DNA of 64,000 nt. Source: Planctomycetota bacterium. GTDB lineage: Bacteria > Planctomycetota > UBA1135 > UBA2386. Position numbers and translations under genes: made by a program. This document shows positions 55,836-64,000 of this stretch, piece by piece. Location: positions 2,688,001 to 2,752,000 of the forward strand of contig OZ245006.1 in NCBI GenBank assembly GCA_965223545.1. The letters are read 5' to 3'. A model generated the notes under the pieces. It did not search any database. It was not told where the DNA came from and was given only the letters and a program-made list of their open reading frames with translations. Every line of letters begins with the position of its first letter. The first letter of the stretch is position 1.

Positions 55836-56807
55836 ATGACGCATCGCCACCTCTCGCTCACCATCGCCCTCGCGTCGGTCGCGCTGGCCGCGTGCGCCTC
55901 GGGCCCCGCCGACCGGGGCGGGATCTACGACCCCGCCCTCGAGGAGACGGTCCGCGCCCAACGGGCGGCGATGGCCGAGGCGGAGGCCAAGCTCGGCGAC
56001 TTCAACATGGTGCTGCTGAACCTCGACAAGTCGATCGACAAGTTCGTCGAGGCCACCGCGCGCAACGACTTCCAGCGCGCGGATCGACTGGCGCACAGCC
56101 TCGAGGACTACCTGCGCAAGACCGTGACCAAGCACATCGACGCGCTGATCGTCACCGCCGACGACCGCACCGAGAACTCCGGGGCCAACCGGGCCCGCGC
56201 GGTCGGCGCGCTCGGCTTCTACGTGCCAGGCGAGGACGGCCCGGCGCGCGACGTGCTCAACCCGCTGCTCAACGCCGCCCGCGACGGCGACGACGCGGTG
56301 ATCACCAACGCGGTCTTCAGCCTGGGCATGCTCGGCGATCCCGACACGCCGATCGACGTGCTCGCCGGCATCCTCGAGGACCAGCAGCGACCGGCGAAGA
56401 TGCGCATCGGCGCGGCGTGGAGTCTGCTGCGCCTGCAGCGGAACCTGCTCGAACCACGCGCCGTCGCCCCGGTGTGGATGCGGCTGTTGACCCAAGCCGA
56501 ACACGATCCCGAGCCCTGGGTGATCATCCAGTCGCTGCGCGGCCTGGGCAAGCTGCGCAACAGCGCGCACGCCGAGATCCCGACCGACTATCTGACGCAT
56601 CCGACCCCGCTGGTCCGCCAGGCGGCGGCAATCGCGCTGGGCTACATGGGCAACAGCGAAGCGAGCGAGCCGCTCATCGCCCGCCTCGGCCCCGAGGAAT
56701 CCAACGCCAACGTGCGGCTGACGATCCGCAAGGCGCTGCAAGCCCTCGCCGGCGGCACCGACCGCGGCTACGACCAAAAAGAGTGGCGCCGCGTATTCGC
56801 GCAGTAA
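55836..56807 (+). CDS. HEAT-repeat lipoprotein
   Basis: Lipobox LAA|C. HEAT units (AVGALG, AVFSLG, VRQAAAIALG). Confidence 0.8.
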   Translation: MTHRHLSLTIALASVALAACASGPADRGGIYDPALEETVRAQRAAMAEAEAKLGDFNMVLLNLDKSIDKFVEATARNDFQRADRLAHSLEDYLRKTVTKHIDALIVTADDRTENSGANRARAVGALGFYVPGEDGPARDVLNPLLNAARDGDDAVITNAVFSLGMLGDPDTPIDVLAGILEDQQRPAKMRIGAAWSLLRLQRNLLEPRAVAPVWMRLLTQAEHDPEPWVIIQSLRGLGKLRNSAHAEIPTDYLTHPTPLVRQAAAIALGYMGNSEASEPLIARLGPEESNANVRLTIRKALQALAGGTDRGYDQKEWRRVFAQ

Positions 56808-56894
56808 TGAACGTACGGAGCCAGGCTCCGATTCATCACCGGCCGCCGCTGCGGCGGCCGGTGATGAATCGGAGCCTGGCTCCGTACGTTCATT
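56806..56894. repeat. 89-bp perfect inverted repeat (44-bp arms, 1-nt centre): REP doublet / REPIN-like, may also act as terminator
   Basis: 56806-56849 is the exact reverse complement of 56851-56894. Each arm holds an internal palindrome CGGAGCC-W-GGCTCCG. Confidence 0.9.
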
Positions 56895-56998
56895 CGGTGG
56901 CGGGTCGGGGGCGCGCGGGGCGTTGTTTCAGGTAGCCGCACCGGCGCGCGTGGGAGTGATCCGACTCCTGGTGCCGGTGCACAGCCCTGGAGCCCACG

Positions 56999-59743
56999 AT
57001 GTCGAGCTACCCGCAACGCGTTCGCGTCGGCAAGGCCCCCTACGGGGTCGATTATCTGATGCAGTCTCACGTCCTCTTGCGCTTCAACGCGCAGACCAGC
57101 GACCGCGATATCGATCGCATCCTGGCCAGACACAAGCTCGCCGAACGGTCCGCACGCAGCGGGCCGCGCGGGCCGAACCCCCTGCACGCGGCGAAGATGC
57201 GCTGGGTAGAGCTCAGCGGCCAGCAGCTCGAGGGCGACGCCGGCGACGCGGCGGCTGCCTTGCGCGGCCAGATCGCCGAGGTCGAAGCCGCGCATCCGGT
57301 CTACTTCGCCGAGGGGCACGGTCCGGAGTCGGCGGCGGCGCCGGTGGACAATGTTGTGGTCCTCGAGATCGAGGCCCGGCAGCGCGACCGCGCGCTGAAG
57401 CAGCTCGCCAGCGCGGGCCTCAAGCACAACAAGCGCATGTCGGAGCTGCTGGGCGATTTCGACTACTTCGAGACGACCGGTGACGAGGAGCAGCAGTCCG
57501 GCACCGTGTTCGACCACTTGACGCGGGCGGGCCAAGTCCCCGGGGTGGTCTTCGCCGAGGCCGACTGGCTCAAGCTCGAGACCTACTTGTTGGTGCCGAA
57601 CGACACGCAGTGGGCCAACCAGTGGAACATGCAGCGCATCAATCTGGTCAACGCCTGGGACGTGCAGACCGGGGCGGCGGGGACTTGGATCGCGATCATC
57701 GATTCGGGCTTCGACCTCGGCCATCCCGACCTCGCGTTCACCCCCAACGCCGGCGCCACGCTCACGCACTTCAATGCCGACGCGGCCGCCGGCGGCGCTG
57801 CGCCTCCGTACGATGCGAGCTCGGCGGGCGTTTCCCACGGCACGGCAGTGGCGGGCCTCGCCGCCGCGACGCTCAACAACAACACCGGGGTGGCCGGCGT
57901 CGCCGGCGGCTGCACCGTCATGCCGGTGCGGCTCGGCACCGTGCCCACCGCGAGCAAGGTCACGGCCGGCGTCAACTGGGCGGCGGCCAACGGCGCGGCG
58001 GTGGCCAGCATGAGCCTGAGCACGACGCCGACCGCCGCGGCCGCCGCGGCGATGGCCAACGCCTGGACCGCCGGTCTGGTGCTGTGCGCCGCGACCGGCA
58101 ACGGTGGCGGCGACGCGGTCTCGCCCCCCGTCAGCTTTCCAGCCAACCACGCCAACGTCATCGCGGTCGGCGCCTCGGACCAGAACGACCAGCGCAAGCG
58201 CCCGGCGAGCGCCGACGGTGAGTGCTGGGGCAGCCAATTCGGCGCCGAGGTCGATGTCCTCGCACCGGGCGTCCTGTGTTGGAGCACGGACGAGCAGGGC
58301 GCCAACGGCTACAACAACAGCGGCGGCGCCGGCACGACCTGGGCGTGCGTCGCCTACGCCAGCACGGGGGACGCGGCAGGCGACTACATTTCTCTCTTTG
58401 ACGGCACCTCGGCGGCGACGCCGCATGTCGCCGGTCTCGCCGGGCTCCTGCGCTCGCAGTACCCGGCACTCACCAACCAGGAGGTCCGCGACATCATCGA
58501 ACGGACCTGCGCCAAGGTGAGCCCGGCACTGTACGCCTACGCCAACACCCCCGGCCGGCCGAACGGCACCTGGCACCAAGAGGTCGGCCACGGCCGCATC
58601 GACTGCGACGCGGCGCTGCGCTACTGCGACGTGATGATCTCGGACCACAACCTCGACGACGGCAGTGTGCCCTCGTCGGAGCTGGTCGGCGGCGCGTGGA
58701 CCCCGAGAGCGTTCTGGCGCTACCAGCCGTACGTCACCCAGGCCAGCAACCCCGGCGCCCTGCCCACCGACCACGAGCCGGCCAAGGCCGGTCAGGACAA
58801 CTACGTCCACGCCTACGTCACCAACAACGGGCCGGCGACGGCGACCAACATCCAGCTCACCTGGCACATCATGGACTACCCGGGAACCGAGCTGATCTGG
58901 CCGACCGATTGGAACGCGGGCAACCAGATCGCATCCGCGTCGATCGGCAGCTTGGCAGCCGGCGCGTCGGTGGCGGTCGAGGCGCTATGGCCGCAGGCGT
59001 TGGTCGACATCGCCTCGGCCTACGCCCACCCGTGCATGGTCGTGCAAGCGACGTGCGCGGCGGACGTCGGCGGTGATCTCAGCCCCAAGGTGTACGACTA
59101 CAACAACATCGCCCAGCACAACATCTCCTTCGCCGGCTTCTCTGCCGCCGGCGCCGGGACTGCTGGCGACGCGGACCAGCGCACGTTCACGCTGCCCTTC
59201 GCCGTCGGCCACGCGTCGGTGCGCCGCCCGCGACGCGCCACCCTCGATTTCGACCTGCGCCGCCTCGGCGCCGCCGAGGTGTTCGTCGACCTCGATCCGG
59301 CCGACGACCTGCCGTACGTCGAGCGCATCCGCGAAGTCGTGCACAAGCAACCGACCCAAGGCGCCAAGGGGTGCGGCCTGACGCTGCGCAGCGACGCCCG
59401 CGTCCTGATCGACTGCTGCGGCTGTCGCGCCGAGATCCTGGTCAAGGCCGGAACCCGCGCGCGCATGCTGTGTGGCGACCCCGGTGGCAAGCCCGACCTC
59501 GGCAACCTGACCCTGCGCAACGCGGTCCGCGTCCAACGCGGGGGACGCCCTCAGCTTCTGCTGCGCGGCCCGGTGGCCAGCGTCGAGCTCGATCTGCAAG
59601 CTGGCGAAGTCCTGCCGATGGCGATGACCGTGGTCGCGCCGGCGGACTCGGTGGCTGGCGAGGTGTTCGAGGCCGACGTCACGCAGTCGACCGATGGGGC
59701 CGCCGACGGCGGAGTGAGCCTGCGCGTCGAAGCCACCGCGTGA
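56999..59743 (+). CDS. S8 subtilisin-family serine protease with N-terminal prodomain and C-terminal beta-sandwich domains
   Basis: Catalytic IIDSG, SHGTAVAG and DGTSAATPHVAG motifs, plus ATGN oxyanion site. Confidence 0.92.
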   Translation: MSSYPQRVRVGKAPYGVDYLMQSHVLLRFNAQTSDRDIDRILARHKLAERSARSGPRGPNPLHAAKMRWVELSGQQLEGDAGDAAAALRGQIAEVEAAHPVYFAEGHGPESAAAPVDNVVVLEIEARQRDRALKQLASAGLKHNKRMSELLGDFDYFETTGDEEQQSGTVFDHLTRAGQVPGVVFAEADWLKLETYLLVPNDTQWANQWNMQRINLVNAWDVQTGAAGTWIAIIDSGFDLGHPDLAFTPNAGATLTHFNADAAAGGAAPPYDASSAGVSHGTAVAGLAAATLNNNTGVAGVAGGCTVMPVRLGTVPTASKVTAGVNWAAANGAAVASMSLSTTPTAAAAAAMANAWTAGLVLCAATGNGGGDAVSPPVSFPANHANVIAVGASDQNDQRKRPASADGECWGSQFGAEVDVLAPGVLCWSTDEQGANGYNNSGGAGTTWACVAYASTGDAAGDYISLFDGTSAATPHVAGLAGLLRSQYPALTNQEVRDIIERTCAKVSPALYAYANTPGRPNGTWHQEVGHGRIDCDAALRYCDVMISDHNLDDGSVPSSELVGGAWTPRAFWRYQPYVTQASNPGALPTDHEPAKAGQDNYVHAYVTNNGPATATNIQLTWHIMDYPGTELIWPTDWNAGNQIASASIGSLAAGASVAVEALWPQALVDIASAYAHPCMVVQATCAADVGGDLSPKVYDYNNIAQHNISFAGFSAAGAGTAGDADQRTFTLPFAVGHASVRRPRRATLDFDLRRLGAAEVFVDLDPADDLPYVERIREVVHKQPTQGAKGCGLTLRSDARVLIDCCGCRAEILVKAGTRARMLCGDPGGKPDLGNLTLRNAVRVQRGGRPQLLLRGPVASVELDLQAGEVLPMAMTVVAPADSVAGEVFEADVTQSTDGAADGGVSLRVEATA

Positions 59744-59806
59744 AACGCGGGTCGGCCCGCGGGCAGCCACTTGCCGGTGGCGACCAACGCGGCTACGACC
59801 GGATGA

Positions 59807-62410
59807 ATGTCAACCGGTGCCCGCTCGGTCGCCCAGCGCCGCTGGTGCGCCGCGGCTCTCGCCGCCGTCGTCACCACCGGCCTCGCGGGACGGACCACCG
59901 CCGCATGCCAAGCTCCGGCCGAAGCGCCAGCGCCCGCGGCGGCCGACGCTGCGGTCGAGCAGCTGCTCGACCACCACCACGGCCCGATCCGCGGCCGGTT
60001 GTCGCACTGCGTGTTGCAGCTGCGCCCTCTCGAAGAAGGCGAGGACCGCGCGCTTCGCGTCGCTCTGCAGCCGGACCGCATGCGCGTCGATCACGACGAT
60101 CGGCGCGTCGACCTGTGGATCGAGGGCACTGGCTGGAGCTGCGCGCCCGACCGCGGCGTCGAGCGGTTGCGCGGTGCGCCGCTGGCAGCGCTGGAGACGC
60201 TGCGGGAGCACGTCCGGGCGCTGCTTCTACAACCGCTCTACGACGCGCGCTCGGTGCAACCGGCGGCCGACGGCCGGCTGCGGTTGGCGCTCTCCGGCGA
60301 TGAAATCTGGTGGTTGACGCGCAGCGCGACCGGCGGCGTCGAAGAGCTGCGCGGACCAAACGGCGCGGTCGTGTTTCGCGCGCTGCTGGAGACCGGAGTC
60401 ACGCGGTTGCCGAAGGTCGCCAAACTCGGCGCGCTGGGCGAGCACGCCGTGGAGTTCGAGGGCTACGACCTGAGCTTCGACCCCTCCGTGTTCCACGATC
60501 CGTACCAGTCCGTCGACGACGAAACCGCGCCGCCGCGCTCGCGCACCGCGCAGCTGACGGGTGGCGAGGAGCTGCCGCGCCGAGCGGAGCTCCAGCACGT
60601 GGATGCGCGATCGTTCTTGGTGCTGGACGACCCCGGTGGGTGGCCGGCGCGCATCGAGGCGGTCATGGCCGCGGGAGGCACCCTGTACGACCGGGGGCAG
60701 GCACCCCGGGGACTGCCCACGTACGTCGCGCTCGGCAGTGGCCACCGGCAGCTGTGGGTCCCGTTCGGACCGGATCCAGCCCGCGGCCACGCCCCGTTTG
60801 CCGCCGCGCAAGACGAGCGCATCCGACACGCTCCGGCACAATCGTGCCTGGTGATCGGAACCGCGCCGGGCCCCTGGGACGACGTGGTCGGCGCCGCCCA
60901 CGCGAAGCTGAGAGAGACCGCCGAACGGCGCGGCATGCGCACCACCGGCCCGTTGCGCGTCATCCCCTGGACCGGGGTCGAAGTGCCCAGCGCCGCTGAT
61001 CGACAACGCATGCAGTTTCGGCTGGAGCTGCCGGTCCGAGCCAATGACGCCCGCCACGCGCCTGACAGCGCAGTCCAGGCCTCGGCGGCGGTCGGCTTCA
61101 GCGTTTCGCTGTGGGTCCGCGCAGCGCCGGAGCAAGCCGGCTTCACTCCGCTGTTCAGCAGCAAGCCGTGGTCGGTAGAGGTGATCGACGACTTCACCTC
61201 CAACCACAACACCGGTCGCGCGCCGCGCGCAGGGTTGGCGGCCGGCTGGTGCATCGCGCTGCAGCCCGATGGCTCATGGCTGTGGAACGTCGGGGACGGC
61301 GAGACACGCCTCGACTACTTGCCGACGGTGGGCACCCAGCCGGTCGCCGACGGCGAGTGGCACCACCTCGCCGCGGTGGTCGATCGCCAGGCCGGCACGG
61401 TGCGCTTGTTCCACGACGGCCGTACCGTCGCGGTCTACGACTTGGGGGCGCTGCGATCGCTGCCGGCGGGCGCCGCCGTCGCCGTCGATTCCGGTGAAGT
61501 CGAGATCGAATCCGCCTCGATCGCGGCCGGCGTCTTGCTGCGACCTGAAGACGTCCTCCAGGCGGCCGCCTCCCGCCGGCCGGCGCCACCGCCCGCCGCG
61601 ACCCTCGACGACGGCGCGCTCCGCGTCCTGGCGTGGAACATCTGGCACGGGGGCCGGCGCGACGGCGAAGAGATCGGCGTTCGCCGCGTGGTCGACGTGA
61701 TCCGCGCCAGCGGCGCCGACGTGGTCGCCATGCAGGAGACCTACGGGTCGGGTCCGCGCATCGCCGACGCACTCGGTTGGACGCTCTATCTCCGCTCGAG
61801 CAACATCAGCGTGCTGAGCCGCTTTCCGATCATCGACACGCACGCCATCTTCGAGCCCTTCCACAGCGGTGGTGTCACGCTCGACCTGGGTGCCGGCCGG
61901 CGCGCCACGGTGTTCTCGATCTGGCTGCGCCACCTGCCCGACTACGACGCTGCCATCGACGATGGCGCGGACGCAGCACAGCTGATCCTGGCCGAGGCCC
62001 CCACTCGACTGCGCGAGATCAACGCGATCCTCAGCGCGCTGCTGCCCCACGTGCGCGCGGCAAAGCGCGTCCCCCTGGTGGTCGCCGGTGACTTCAACAG
62101 CCCCTCGCACCTGGACTGGACCGAAGCGGCGCGCGACCACAACCGCGGGCTGGTCGTGCGGTGGCCGGTCAGCCGCGCGATGGCGAACCTCGGGTTCGTC
62201 GACGCGTTCCGCCGGGCACGGCCCGATCCAGTCGCCGAACCCGGCCGCACCTGGTCGCCGCGCTTCACCGACGCGCGCCAGGATCGGATCGACTACGTCT
62301 ACGTACTCGGTGACAACGTCACGATCGCCGATGCCCGCATGCTCGACCAGCACGCCGAGCGGTGGCCCAGCGACCACGCCGCGGTGTTGGCCACTCTGCG
62401 GCTGCGCTGA
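59807..62410 (+). CDS. Multidomain secreted protein: unknown N-terminus + GyrI-like + LamG-like + endonuclease/exonuclease/phosphatase
   Basis: LamG: DGEWHHLAAVVD...LFHDG. EEP: WNIWHG, MQE, AGDFN, RIDYVY and PSDH. Confidence 0.82.
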   Translation: MSTGARSVAQRRWCAAALAAVVTTGLAGRTTAACQAPAEAPAPAAADAAVEQLLDHHHGPIRGRLSHCVLQLRPLEEGEDRALRVALQPDRMRVDHDDRRVDLWIEGTGWSCAPDRGVERLRGAPLAALETLREHVRALLLQPLYDARSVQPAADGRLRLALSGDEIWWLTRSATGGVEELRGPNGAVVFRALLETGVTRLPKVAKLGALGEHAVEFEGYDLSFDPSVFHDPYQSVDDETAPPRSRTAQLTGGEELPRRAELQHVDARSFLVLDDPGGWPARIEAVMAAGGTLYDRGQAPRGLPTYVALGSGHRQLWVPFGPDPARGHAPFAAAQDERIRHAPAQSCLVIGTAPGPWDDVVGAAHAKLRETAERRGMRTTGPLRVIPWTGVEVPSAADRQRMQFRLELPVRANDARHAPDSAVQASAAVGFSVSLWVRAAPEQAGFTPLFSSKPWSVEVIDDFTSNHNTGRAPRAGLAAGWCIALQPDGSWLWNVGDGETRLDYLPTVGTQPVADGEWHHLAAVVDRQAGTVRLFHDGRTVAVYDLGALRSLPAGAAVAVDSGEVEIESASIAAGVLLRPEDVLQAAASRRPAPPPAATLDDGALRVLAWNIWHGGRRDGEEIGVRRVVDVIRASGADVVAMQETYGSGPRIADALGWTLYLRSSNISVLSRFPIIDTHAIFEPFHSGGVTLDLGAGRRATVFSIWLRHLPDYDAAIDDGADAAQLILAEAPTRLREINAILSALLPHVRAAKRVPLVVAGDFNSPSHLDWTEAARDHNRGLVVRWPVSRAMANLGFVDAFRRARPDPVAEPGRTWSPRFTDARQDRIDYVYVLGDNVTIADARMLDQHAERWPSDHAAVLATLRLR

Positions 62411-62415
62411 CGCAT

Positions 62416-63999
62416 TCAGCCCGCCACCGGCATCGCCGGTCCGAGCTGGCGCTCGATCGCCGACATCAGCACCTTGAGCCGGACCGGCTTGGTGACGAAC
62501 TCGTCACACCCCGCGGTCAGCGCACGCTCTCGGTTCTCCGCCGACGTGTTGGCGGTGACGGCGATGATCGGGCCGCGGTAGCCCTGCCGCCGGATCTCCT
62601 CGGTGGCGCCGCAGCCGTCGAGCTCCGGCATCTGGATGTCCATCAGGATGGCGCAGTAGGGGCGTCCGGCGGCAAACGAGTCCAGCACGCGCTGGACCGC
62701 CACCCGGCCGTTCTCGGCGATGTCTACCTCGAAGCCGGCCTTGCGCATGATCAGCGAGATCAGCTTCTGGTTGTCGGGCCCGTCTTCTGCCAGCAGCATG
62801 CGCACGTTCGCATCCAGCGCGTCGGCCGAGCCACCCGGATCCGGCACGGCGCACTCCACCGACGCCGGAGACTGTTGCGGCGCGTCGCGCTTGCGGCGCG
62901 CGGCGACCGCCTCTGCCAGCGATTCCACGAGCGCACCGCCGGCCGGGCCGGCATCGATGGTCGCGGTGAAGACGCTGCCGACTCCCGGCTGACTCGACAC
63001 CGTCAAGTCGCCGCCGAGCAGCCGGGTGAACCGACGTGCGATGGTCAGGCCGAGGCCGGTGCCGCCGAACGCGCGGGTCATCGATCCGTCACCCTGGCGG
63101 AACGGCTCGAAGATCGAGGACAGCGCCTCCTCGCTCATGCCGACCCCGGTATCCGCGACCGCGATGCGCAGCCGCGGCGCCGCGGTTTCCAGGCCCGGGC
63201 AGCTGACGATCACCCGCACTTCACCGGTCTCGGTGAACTTGATCGCGTTGCCGACCAGGTTGAGCAGGATCTGCAACAGCCGCGCCGGATCGGTGCGCAC
63301 GACACTCGTCACCGGGGTCGTGCTCTCCAGCAAGAACCGCAACCCCTTTTCCTCGGCGCGCGGCCGCAGAATCGCCTCGACGTCGGCCAGAATCTCGACC
63401 GCGGAGCAGTCGACGCTCTCGATCTCGGTGCCGCCGCTCTCCATCTTGGAGAGGTCGAGAACATCGCTGATCAGCGCGAGCAGGTGCTTGCCGTTGCGCC
63501 GGATCGCCTCGACGCACTGCCGCTGCTGGCCACCCGTAGCGCCCTCGGCGAGCAGGTCGGCGTTGCCGATGATCGCGTTCATCGGCGTGCGCATCTCATG
63601 ACTCATGTTGGCGACGAAGTTGGACGTCGCCTGGTGGCTCGCCTCCTCGGTCTGCAGTGCGTGCCGCATCGCCCGGCGCCAGCGTCGGGCGCAGAGCGCC
63701 ATTCCGCCGAGCACACTCCACAACGCCAACAAGCCGGCGGCGAGCCACCACGGCATGGAGGACTCGACAGCCGCCGCGTCCGCCCCTGCCGAGGCGCGAT
63801 TTCGAACGGCCAGCAAGACGAACCCATCGGCCTCATCGCCCCGCGCTTCCGGATCCTCCGGCTCGCTGAACGGAACGACATCGAGAGAATCCACGGCCAC
63901 CACCGGGGCCGCGTGGTACTCGATCCCATCCTCGAAGTGCGCCCCGCGCAGGGCCCGGGACAAAGCCTCCGGCGACACTTCGAGCCCGCCGACCAAGAC
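62416..63999 (-). CDS. Hybrid sensor histidine kinase / response regulator (5' end outside window)
   Basis: FVANMSHEMRTPMN, NLVGNAIKFT, DTGVG and GGTGLGL motifs. Receiver: AEDGPDN, MDIQMP, TAN and KP. Confidence 0.93.
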   Translation of the reverse strand, partial: VLVGGLEVSPEALSRALRGAHFEDGIEYHAAPVVAVDSLDVVPFSEPEDPEARGDEADGFVLLAVRNRASAGADAAAVESSMPWWLAAGLLALWSVLGGMALCARRWRRAMRHALQTEEASHQATSNFVANMSHEMRTPMNAIIGNADLLAEGATGGQQRQCVEAIRRNGKHLLALISDVLDLSKMESGGTEIESVDCSAVEILADVEAILRPRAEEKGLRFLLESTTPVTSVVRTDPARLLQILLNLVGNAIKFTETGEVRVIVSCPGLETAAPRLRIAVADTGVGMSEEALSSIFEPFRQGDGSMTRAFGGTGLGLTIARRFTRLLGGDLTVSSQPGVGSVFTATIDAGPAGGALVESLAEAVAARRKRDAPQQSPASVECAVPDPGGSADALDANVRMLLAEDGPDNQKLISLIMRKAGFEVDIAENGRVAVQRVLDSFAAGRPYCAILMDIQMPELDGCGATEEIRRQGYRGPIIAVTANTSAENRERALTAGCDEFVTKPVRLKVLMSAIERQLGPAMPVAG

Positions 64000-64000
64000 C

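Noticed and set aside
56806..56894. CRISPR array
   Set aside because: The repeats are inverted rather than direct, with no spacers and no cas genes.
1004..62377. Many long alternative-frame and antisense ORFs (e.g. 1004-3361 minus, 18764-21700 minus, 8206-10392 minus, 56768-58867 minus)
   Set aside because: They are Arg/Ala/Gly/Pro-rich shadows of real genes in high-GC DNA with no family motifs. Several real genes also have spuriously extended 5' ends in the ORF track.

Overview
High-GC bacterial DNA, densely coding, with about 48 plausible CDSs. The gene content points to an uncultured Planctomycetota-type diderm, which is an inference: an ECF sigma factor/Ser-Thr kinase pair, BlaI/M56, a PQQ-type propeller, HEAT-repeat proteins, FG-GAP and Kelch-like secreted proteins, and a FadL-like outer-membrane protein. 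Housekeeping genes include an Lhr helicase, a 5'-3' exonuclease, Xth, an isocitrate dehydrogenase-family enzyme, a macrodomain protein, an M17 aminopeptidase, a Leu/Phe/Val dehydrogenase, a thioesterase and a hybrid histidine kinase. No rRNA, tRNA or CRISPR array was seen. Notable structure: (1) six secreted proteins with unrelated N-termini share a C-terminal module that may be a lineage-specific sorting or anchoring domain, and most signal peptides end in A|Q; (2) three tandem Kelch-like paralogs have lower-GC propeller regions, and a complete 1614-bp ISKra4-like element (22-bp TIRs, 8-bp target duplication) has cut off the start codon of the middle copy; (3) a BlaI + M56 operon has twin palindromic operators and an SLBB + polysaccharide-export (Wza-like) sensor domain; (4) an 89-bp perfect REP-doublet hairpin has a matching single copy 48 kb away; (5) several genes look leaderless; (6) there are several unusual domain fusions. 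Most long ORFs in the supplied track are GC-rich shadow ORFs.
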